Of a DNA stretch of 64,000 nt, positions 50,801-64,000 are shown piece after piece. The position numbers and the translations under genes were made by a program. The DNA lies in the NCBI GenBank assembly GCA_037379345.1, contig CM074511.1, positions 51,156,862 through 51,220,861 on the forward strand. Reading direction: 5' to 3'. The stretch's first letter is position 1; each line of letters opens with the position of its first letter. The stretch is from Perna viridis. Its lineage: Eukaryota. The notes under the pieces were generated by a model that did no database searches, was not told where the DNA came from, and was given only the letters and a program-made list of their open reading frames with translations.

Positions 50801-53800
50801 GCTGCTCAGTATCATAGAGGTAAAAAAGGAACAAACTCAAGAAGCTTGGTTGTTGCAAGTTCTTAGTTAATGTATAAGCTGCATCACCAACTTATGGGTT
50901 TCTAATTTGTATGATGAGGAAAATTGATTGATTTTTCTCTACATTTTTAGCATGTTAAACTTTGCCATTTTTTATCACTTTATGTTGTGCATGATACCTA
51001 CTTTGTGTAATCTGTAACTTAAAATGTGTCAAACCTACATTATTTAAACTTTGGACAGTGATTAAATACATATTAAAGATGTGCACACCATCCAATGGAG
51101 ACATTTGATTAAATTTTCCTACATGTTTAACTCAGCCATTATTATATGACCATGGTCATATAATGGTATCATCATGTTTCGTAGTCATTGTTTGTACACA
51201 TCTGCTCAATAACTTGGGTATAACTCTGTAGATCTTTATGAAATATATCACAAGGTGCCATACAACTATGGAATTGTTTGGTTTATTTTTGGCGTTTTGA
51301 TTTTAGGAACTAGGGACAAATAGGGGTCAGAAACAGGCATTTTTATGGCGTTATAGACTATCATTACCACATTACTGGTACATATAGAAATTGGTAACCA
51401 ACACTGTAGTTGTTTAACTTGCTTACTACTTATATACATATTGAAGACACTTATGTGCTAACAAATATATGATGTTAAGGCAGGTGCAGACATGTATTGG
51501 TATTGTTTGATATGGATTTACTAGAGTGCTTTAAATAATGGCATAGACAATGATATTAAAAAATTTTCTTTTAATGGCATGTGACAAAGCTCTGCCAATT
51601 CATTTATTTGAAAAGGGATTTCCATTGTCTTAATGATTGCTCCTTTTTAGCATGGCAGCGATGGATAATTTGTTTGATATGTGGCTGATAAAAAGTCATT
51701 CCACTTTGAATCAAGTTTTAAAACTACAACCTTTAGCAATATAACACAACACAAGTTTTGCACATAGTTAATATAAAATTGTACAACATAAATCTAGTCT
51801 TTATACTATAACAGGGAACTACAGATCTTCTCTTCATGACTGTATATTTGCCAGAAAATTTAAGCCTGATCACATGAAAGCTATTGTCAGAGGTAAATTT
51901 AAATATGATTATTTTGTACACAGTGATACAGTGTAATATTTTGTTGTTGTCAATATTTAAAACTCTTGATTCACTGAAACGTTCATCATACTTAATATTT
52001 CTAGAACATGGTTTTTCCTAGTTTTTCGCAATATTGACCTTGAATGAATAAACTTTTGAATTTTAATGTAAAAAAAATATGGGTCACTGAACTTGATTTT
52101 GAGATACATGTAATTGAGCCTTAATAAAGAGATTTTTTTTTACATTTTATATGGATTCTGTAGGGAAGTTTTACTATTTCGCAAACTACTAAAACTTTGT
52201 TATTAATTATATAAAGAACACTTAAATGACATTTGAAAAAGATAATTAAAGGTCACTGAACTCTTTTTTTGTAATATTAGAAAAAATTTCCAATACTTTT
52301 CTATAGAAAATTCATCCCTTAACCAAGTAAATTAACTGACTATTTAAATCTACTACAACGAAGGTAGGTAGTCCTGCCACGGTATCATTTGGAACATTAT
52401 ATTTATATAAAAATAGGAACTTTTGTCCGATTTTTTTATGGTAGGTATTTGTCAAGTTTTGTTAAATTTTTTTGTTGCTCATCTTATTTTGGAATATACA
52501 TAGATAGATCCAAGGCTCACCACTGAAGCAGACCTCTATTACACCAGTCAAATGCACCCTTTTGTTAATTTCTGGGTCTGCCTTTGATAGATGTTAATTT
52601 TGTAATTACTATTGAACTTGAACTCACAAGTGTTATCTGGTACCTGACACTATTAAAACAGCTTGTTGATACGAGGTACCCCTATGGAGGTAAATATCCA
52701 GATATTCTATTCAATGAAAGATTGAAAATAAAATGAATATAAGAATTCAATAAGCATTTTCTTACAGGTGCAAATTGTTGTTTACAAATGAAAAAATATG
52801 ATGAAGCCAGTAGATGGTGTGATACTGGATTACTAATATCCTTATTTTATAGTTATATATTACATATCAGATACAAGTTCGATAATGTCATTGTGCTAGA
52901 TGGGTCAAATGACCTTTATTATTTTACCTTTTCATAATATTGCCTGATCTAATATGATATTATCCGCTCATAGTGTATAATTGATTGAATTTTTACTGAA
53001 AAATATCCTGAAAAAAAAGATGAGTTGCAAATAAGTCCATATAGCCTATATTTTTCTAAAGATCTGTACATGGAAATCTCAATAAATAATTTTCGAAAAT
53101 TCTTGCTACCTAAATGATGATTTTTTTTTTCAGTAAAATGATTGCAATAGTTACTCATCCATCAATTATTGACATGAAATGTTGGCTGCCTCTGAAATGT
53201 GGCATCAGTCTTTCATGTACAAATAATGCCACAGTTGCAGACATAATGCCTTTGTCTGCAACTGTGGCATTATTTGTACATGTTTTTCAGTCAATGCATT
53301 TGTCCCTTGGCTGTCAACATTATACATTTGTTGAATAGCCATTATACTCGGCGTCACATAAATAACATACTGTTAAAATTTGAATAAAAATATTTTCTAC
53401 GACTTTATTGACACCAACCGTCGTTTAAATTGTCTTAAATGACTTGCTCATTCGTTTAGCCAAACAGCTTCTCAAAAACAAGTCGCTTATTAGCTTAAAT
53501 CATGCGTAACAAATCCTTACGGGAAAATCCCATACTAATATCCGCCATGTTGGTTTTTACGGGACGATTTGTTTACAAACGAAGTGCGTAAGTTCCCGTC
53601 GAACTCCGGTGACAATCGTCTGCTTGATCAACTTCTCGGTATTATACGTTGTTCGCGTAAAATAAATCCGAGATATCCGAAATAACGCCGAATTGCATTC
53701 TGGGTTCTTCGGTTTTTGGACAAACCATTTAAACGTAAACAACATCTCCTAGCAACCCGATCACTGTAAACATGGCCGACTTTTTACAATGTAAATATTG

Positions 53801-56800
53801 CCACCTAGAATTAAAATCTGACCGGAATTTAACGATTCAATGTTTAGGGAGAAGCCGTTTGGCTTAACGAATGAGCAAGTCATTTAAGACAATTTAAACG
53901 ACGGTAGGTGTCAATAAAGTCGTAGAAAATATTTTTATTCAAATTTTAACAGTATGTTATTTATGTGACGCCGACTATAGAGGAACAGTAAATTTATTAC
54001 CCCAAGGTACCTAGTATAACCTGTGGCAATGTTTCAAGCTAATGGTATCAGATTTTAACATTGTTTAATGGTAAACCCAAAAACATCTGAAGTTTGATTA
54101 GCCAATGAGAATAGTAGGGGGAAAAAGAGAAATATGAGTACAGCAATATTGCCCCAGTCAATAATAAACAAAAATTTTACGGGGTAAACAGTACAATTAA
54201 GGCCTATTGAAGTAATAAGTTGAAATGTTACATTTGATTTACTATAGAAAATAAATACTGGAGTATAATTTGCAGTAATACTCCCTTTTTTACAGTAATA
54301 ACTGTAATTATATAGCCAGCTCATTAAAAATCAGGTTTTAAAGTGTGTTGTAAAGCAGAGTCTGATAGATCAAATGTACCCATACTAAAATGTATGAAAT
54401 ACTGACCATTTGACATTTATATACAATCAATCAATCAATAGTAAAACCTTATTATGAAAGTAACATTCATTGTACTTAATGAAGTGGTCAAACATTTTTC
54501 CTTAACTTTTTTTTTAAATTGAGAGTCAACTTGAAGAACTATTACAGATGAAGTATAAAGCAGAGAACTTACAGGTAAATAAGCATGAACTAGTTACAGT
54601 GTGTGACGTAGTTAACTTCAGGGAATTAATTTGGTCTTCTTTTGATTGAATGATCATTACCTTATGAAGTGTCTTATGTAGATTATAGTTTGTTGAAGTT
54701 CATCAGATGTTTGTTATTTGATCAAAAGAATACAAAATATATTTCCTGAAGTTTGCTATATTACTTGCTGTAATAGTATTGTCATGGCTATTAAAGTGGA
54801 TTATTTTATAAGCTCTATAATTATAAGTAAAATCTTATCAAAGATAGACATAAAGTACTTAATTTGTTTGTAGCTTTTTAACATTGAAATTTGTACTAAA
54901 TGGTTTTCCAATAATTGATTATGTATTTTGTAGAAAGCACAAGAAAGAGACAGAAGAAAAGAAGAAGCTGCAGAGAGGAAAGAAAGACAAGAAGAAGAAA
55001 AGCTGATAGCTGTGATAAAAGTATTTCAAATTTTGCTGGTGTTAAAAAAAGGTCTTTAAGCAAAAGCTATTTCTATAAGATTGTCCTAAATAAAGTCAAC
55101 TACTAAGTCAGTCAATTTCTGTATTGTATGCACCCACGAATTAAAGGGCATAATATAAATAAATTACCACAGTTTGCCTTCCTGTCTGCTGACCTTTATT
55201 AGTTCTTTGATATCATGCATTTAAGGAATTCTTTTCTGAAACTGGATCCAGTACTTATACAAAAGTATAGGAGATGGGATGACAGATGAAACATATTGTA
55301 GGAGTTTATAACTTCATTGGAAAGAAACTGTACTTGCTGTAAAACTTCATTTTGATAAATCATATAGAAAAAAAAAATTATGATTTGTGTTTTGCATCGT
55401 TGCGGAAAGCTCTGAACCGCATCTGCTGGTGCTCCTTAATTAAACATGTTGAGGGTTAGAATCAATACCCATTCGATTAGTAGTACATCAGTACCACATT
55501 GTACAAAATTCTGCTATGAACTCTCATTGTTAAGCCATTGCGACAGAACTATTTCTGGTGAAGTCCAGGATTTATTCAGAGTTGTCAATATATGTGCATG
55601 TATTTGCAATGTTTTAGAGTAAAGGTGTACAGTTAGCAACCATGAAAACAGACAAGCAGAATATTTCACCATCATTATTGACAACTGTAGAGACACAGAA
55701 TCCAAGTGGTGCTAAAGTACATGTGACCTCTGATGGCAGTTTGAATTGGCCTGTTTTGTTCATGTACCCAGAACATACAATGACTGACTATATTGAGGCT
55801 TTTAATGAAACACACAGGTAGTTATTTAAAAAGTACTGTTAAACGAAAAGCTAATAATCAAAAATCATAATTGTTTTTGTTTTTTTTTTTCATTATTCCC
55901 TGTTAATCAATGATCAGTATTATAATTTGATTTAGTGTATAATAGTATAAATAATAATGTGAAGTATATTTTGTTTTCCTTACAGATTTGAGCAACACAT
56001 CAAGATGATGTTCAGTGCTGAATATGAGCATCCTCAGTGGGATTCTGACAGGAAATATACACCTGATAAATTACTTGTAAGTCAACACCAGCGGTTGATT
56101 TAAATAAAAATCTTAAGTTTGAAATAAGTGAAGAGCTATGATGTCATAATGGAAAACATTATAGTGACTTCATAACTTACAATTAATTTTACTCTTACAA
56201 TTTTTTGTGAAATCAACTGCATTTTTATAAAAAAAAAAATGAATTAAGCGTGGGGTAATTTCTAAAGTACAGAGAATAATAAAGGAGCAGTACTGAAGTT
56301 CTGACAATTACCAACAAATTAAAGCACAAATCCCATGTTGGAACATTGTGATCTTATTATTCGAAGGTTACTCATAAATCTCCTTCCCAGATATATATAT
56401 ATGTTTTTCTTTTTAGTAATTATTACATCATTTGTTTCTGGAAATCTTATTTTAACATAGATATTTTACTTACTACATTTATTTTTAAGATATATTTTGA
56501 AGACAGAGAGAATACTGTTATGTATGAAGTTACTCAAACATCAACTTTACTGGATGTATTACAACATAAGAGGTACTGTATGTCTAATAAATAGGTTTTA
56601 AAATAAAGTACTGTATTAGACTATAAAGTGAATACTATCCCTAGTAAAATGTTTATGTACAATTCCAATAACATTGATTGATTATGGTTCTACTGACCTG
56701 GATGATACACTTGGGGACAGGAAAGTGTTTTATTTCAATCCAAAAAAAAAGGAAAAGGGAAATGTTTTTTAAACAATCTGGATTTAACTCATATGTTTCT

Positions 56801-57505
56801 TTTTATAACAGTATGTTTATTTCTGATGTTACAAATTTTCCTTCTTCATGTTTGTTTAGAGTAATATTCATTCGAAAAACATTTCATTTTTTGTTCATGT
56901 AGATTTAAGGAAATTATTTCATTTTGAATCCCTTGCATACCAATACTTTTTACATGTTCTGCAAGAAAAGTAAGGATGCATAATTTCCATTTTGGGACAA
57001 AGCTTGGACTAATTTTCAAATGTGTCTGTCTTCTAATTTAACCTTTTTGATTGTTGTGTAATAGTTGCACTAGACAGATTTTTAATTAGGTAGCTCATGC
57101 ATGCATCATCTTCAAGAGAGATATGTCCATTCAGCAATCAACACTAACCAAGAGTTAATCTTTTTTATACATGTTAGTTGCATGTAGTACCAAATAAAAA
57201 TTTTGAATTCTTTGGTAAACATTTTTCCAAAAAAATTAGAAGACATTGGTGGTTATTAATCAACAGCTGTTAACAGAATTTTCATTTAGCAAACATTTTC
57301 TTCAAGACTAGTAAGGAATTATATTATGGGCATTTTTTAATAACTTAGCATCTTAGTAGTACATTTTTATATTGGTTATTATGTGAGATTTTCTTTGATT
57401 TTCAGGTACTTCGTTTATGGTGGAACACCTTCTTTTGTGCTGATAGTCAAAGGATCTAAATATGAAAATGTTTTTAAAGAAAAACATAAAATAAAACAAA
57501 TGTAA
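47824..57505 (+). CDS. TTC4: Tetratricopeptide repeat protein 4 (Cns1/Dpit47 family Hsp70/Hsp90 co-chaperone), 397 aa, 11 coding exons
   Basis: Exons: 47824-47982, 49543-49651, 50658-50819, 51815-51892, 52768-52835, 54518-54574, 54934-55020, 55618-55817, 55986-56076, 56490-56572, 57406-57505 (1194 nt). Motifs: HPAFMT, AEAFKDDGN..YTEGI, LYTNRAAAQY, GNYRSSL, WCDTGL, LNWPVLFMYPE..TDYI. Intron 5 is U12-type. Confidence 0.93.
53214..53282. repeat. Perfect 30-bp inverted repeat with 9-nt loop
   Basis: CATGTACAAATAATGCCACAGTTGCAGACA / TAATGCCTT / TGTCTGCAACTGTGGCATTATTTGTACATG. Confidence 0.95.
53347..53975. mobile_element. MITE with ~125-bp TIRs, flanked by TATA on both sides
   Basis: TCGGCGTCACATAAATAACATACTG..CTTCTC (to about 53473) and its near-perfect reverse complement from about 53850 to 53975; non-coding CpG-rich interior. 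Confidence 0.9.
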
Positions 57506-57562
57506 ATATACTTCATCTTTTTTTTTTTTTTTTTTTTTTCCGTAACCCATAAAGTGAATTAG

Positions 57563-58452
57563 TTTTTAGCTCACCTGGCCAAAGGCCAGGTGAGCTATTG
57601 CCATCACTTGGCATCTGTCGTCTATTTTTCGAAACTCTTCTCTAACACTACTTGACCAATTGGAACCAAACTTGGTATGAATGTTTTTTAGGGTTTCCTG
57701 CCTAGAACTGATATGGTTATTTTTGATTTGTTGAAAAACATGGCTGCCATTACTAAAAATAGAACATAGGGATCAGGCAGTAGTTTTTTGTGTATATTAC
57801 CAAAACAGTTAAGTGTAGCAAAGTTCTGACTGGGTGAAAGTATTCAGCATGATGAGATCTATTTGTGGTCAAATTTTCATTGTAATCTATTCGGAGTTAT
57901 TGTCCTTTTTTGACATTTTTTTTTTTGCTATTTTTAATGTTATTTCTTTCAAAAACCTTCTCCTCTGACACTAATTGACCAATAGGAAACAAACTTGGTA
58001 CGAATGTTCCTTGGGGTATCCTGCATAGAACTGATGTGAGGATTTTTTATCCATTGAAAAACATGGCCGTTGTTACTAAAAATAGAATGAAGGGGTCAGA
58101 CAGTAGTTTTTCGCATCTATATCCAAAACCGTTAGGTTTAGCAAAATTATTTCAATTGCTGAAATGACCCTTATTGTAAGGCCTTCAAAAGTCTTTAGGG
58201 ATCAAAGTTGTTAGGTGACTCCTTGTAAGAGTTGCCCTTGAAAAATGATTTTTTTTTTTTTAGTTTTCAGTCAATATCTTGAAAACTACAATAGATAGAA
58301 AGAAACTTTCAATCACTAATATGATCCTTATGATAGTCCTACCAAAGTCTTCTTGAGTGAAAAATGTTGGGCAACTCCTTGTTAAAATTTATTGCCCTTG
58401 AATGACAAACTTTAACAAGGTGAGCGATTCAGGCTTCTGGGAGCCTCTTGTT
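57563..58452 (+). mobile_element. Helentron/HINE-type non-autonomous element just 3' of the TTC4 stop codon
   Basis: 5' TTTTTAGCTCACCTGGCC-AAA-GGCCAGGTGAGCTA hairpin; internal duplicated unit (aaaacatggc..ttactaaaaatagaa twice); 3' GGTGAGCGATTC subterminal repeat plus AGGCT..GAGCCT hairpin; T-rich insertion site. Confidence 0.8.
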
Positions 58453-58620
58453 TGGTTTACATTACATTGAATTGAACTCCAACTTAAGAAAAAAAGTTGC
58501 ATTTACATATGTTTAAAAGCACACTTGTTTATTGACAAATTTATTCTCAATAACAGTTTTTAATATACACGATACATATGTGTAACAGAAATATTACTTG
58601 ACAGAATTTTTATTTTTTGA

Positions 58621-58798
58621 ACTGTGAAACCTGTCTAAATCATACAATTCTGAAATTTAAAAATTTGTTCAATTAAGATAGGTGTGTAGTTCACCCAGGT
58701 TTAAAATACACTTAAATTGGTGGAAAGGAACTTGCAAAGTGCCTGGTTCAGGCAAGTTTTTGGATTATGTGTTGTTCAGTTTAGACATGTTTCACTGT
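58621..58798. mobile_element. Small Tc1/mariner-type MITE (related copy at ~50484-50636)
   Basis: GTGAAACCTGTCTAAA and TTTAGACATGTTTCACTGTA inverted ends. Confidence 0.55.
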
Positions 58799-58834
58799 AC
58801 AATGTAATAATGACATATAACAATAACAGTTGTG

Positions 58835-59078
58835 ATTGATGTAATAATGTATCAGCAATGTCATCTCCAAACTCACATGATAAAATGAATATAATAATGT
58901 ATCAACAATGTCATCTCTACACTCAGCATAATAAAATTGATGTAATAATGTATCAACAATGTCATCTCCACACTGGCATGATAAAATTGATGTCATAATG
59001 TATCAGCAATGTCATCTCCAAACTCACATGATAAAATTGATGTAATAATGTATCAACAATGTCAGCTCAAACTCATAT
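58835..59078 (+). repeat. ~50-bp tandem repeat, ~5 units
   Basis: ATTGATGTAATAATGTATCAACAATGTCATCTCCAAACTCACATGATAAA. Confidence 0.92.
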
Positions 59079-59641
59079 CAAATCTCAATATCTGCATTGA
59101 GCATATAGAAGTCTGGGAAGGTCTTATTGTAATGAAATTTGATTGCATAAAAATAATCTATACAGCAATACAAATCTGACTCTTTAAGATATACTTGCAT
59201 ACAAAATAAATTAGCTCTGTCAATATCTACAAGGGCTTAGAAAGATGCCAGGAAAAAATGATTGAGAGCGAAAGGTTATCACGGAAGGACAGATGACTAA
59301 AATTACCTGCCCTGACCATTAATACATAATAAGCCAAGAAAACTATCAAATACACATTACCCAACAATTTTACAATGAGTTAAAAGATTTGATTAAATAA
59401 ATCTTTAGTTTGATCAGTCACATGGTAATATAATTTTACCCTGGAAATCCAACAAAAAAGTTCTGAATCAATGCTGGAAGTTGCATCATCATCTTTCCTA
59501 GACCATTTAAAAAAAAATCCATTCATATCAACCACACTCACATGATGAAATAAATTGATAGAATTGTTTGTCTATGGCCAGCATCTGTTCATGAGTGAGT
59601 TTCCCATAATAATCATAGCCTGTTAAACTATCACAACAGTA

Positions 59642-63576
<3,935 letters not shown>

Positions 63577-63665
63577 TCACTAGAACAGAAGATTTTCAGA
63601 GGAACAAAAGGAAAGCAGAAATTGACAACAATGCAGGTAAATAAATACCTAGTTCAATAATTAAC

Positions 63666-63821
63666 AAAAAGTTCATGATACTGAGGGTCATATGGCAATA
63701 TATGAACCTGTTGGTTGCCCAAATGAATTATGTGGACTGAAACAAATGAGGTCAATTGAATTTTGGGGGCAACCAACTGGTCCATATATTGCCATATGAC
63801 TCAAAATATCATGAACTTTTT
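63666..63821. repeat. Imperfect ~55-bp inverted repeat (foldback MITE) in a DIMT1 intron
   Basis: AAAAAGTTCATGATA..GTCATATGGCAATATATG..GTTGGTTGCCC and GGGCAACCAAC..CATATATTGCCATATGAC..TATCATGAACTTTTT. Confidence 0.8.
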
Positions 63822-64000
63822 GCAATATTGTATTTTTTAAATGTAGTTTACTCAGGATTATTTGTGTAGAAGAAAAGAAAAAAACATATACATCACTTTT
63901 TAAATCATGACATTACATTCTTAATTTGAAAGAGAGATGAACTATACAAATTCTTAATATCCCATATAACGTTACATATGAACTGGCAAATACATCAGAG

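Larger units (their letters stand above)
52836..54517 (+). other. U12-type (minor spliceosome) intron of TTC4 with AT-AA (alternatively AT-AG) termini
   Basis: 5' splice site ATATCCTT at 52836; branch point TTCCTTAAC at 54498-54506. The frame- and homology-preserving 3' end is AA at 54516-54517, or AG at 54522-54523. Confidence 0.85.

Noticed and set aside
54529-54530. Canonical AC terminus for the TTC4 U12 intron
   Set aside because: Use of this AC shifts the frame (TTG AAG AAC TAT TAC AGA TGA) and it is farther from the branch point than usual, so it cannot be the productive site.

Overview
AT-rich eukaryotic genomic DNA from an intron-rich animal. The repeat landscape suggests a bivalve mollusc (Mytilus-like), which is an inference. 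There are no prokaryotic features, rRNA, tRNA or CRISPR. I assembled four spliced genes by hand. (1) A 10-exon D-amino-acid/D-aspartate oxidase (minus strand, 9211-15906, 333 aa, C-terminal PTS1 -SRL). (2) A divergently oriented 10-exon 26/29-kDa-proteinase/CfaD-type cathepsin-L-like cysteine protease (plus strand, 19747-38141, 549 aa). (3) An 11-coding-exon TTC4/Cns1 Hsp70/Hsp90 co-chaperone (plus strand, 47824-57505, 397 aa). (4) The last four exons of DIMT1 (minus strand, 59642-63552, continuing beyond the window). The rest is mostly mobile DNA: a full-length decayed RTE-X-like LINE with an SGNH-esterase ORF1 inserted into a minisatellite in cathepsin intron 7, a second RTE-X fragment, an RT-deleted Ingi-like LINE with a 12-bp TSD, two copies of a structured SINE, Penelope-like fragments, a probable Polinton terminus, Helentron/HINE-type elements, MITEs and several minisatellites. 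The most notable observations are: a U12 (minor-spliceosome) intron in TTC4 with non-canonical AT-AA (or AT-AG) termini that also contains two long hairpins; a SINE whose two independent copies begin at the same nucleotide, exactly at a predicted pseudoknot (candidate self-processing or exonuclease-blocking RNA); a multibranch RNA fold in a Penelope-associated repeat; an oxidase with an acidic lid that lacks the D-Asp-binding arginines; and an M-box/CLEAR-like motif cluster at the cathepsin start.
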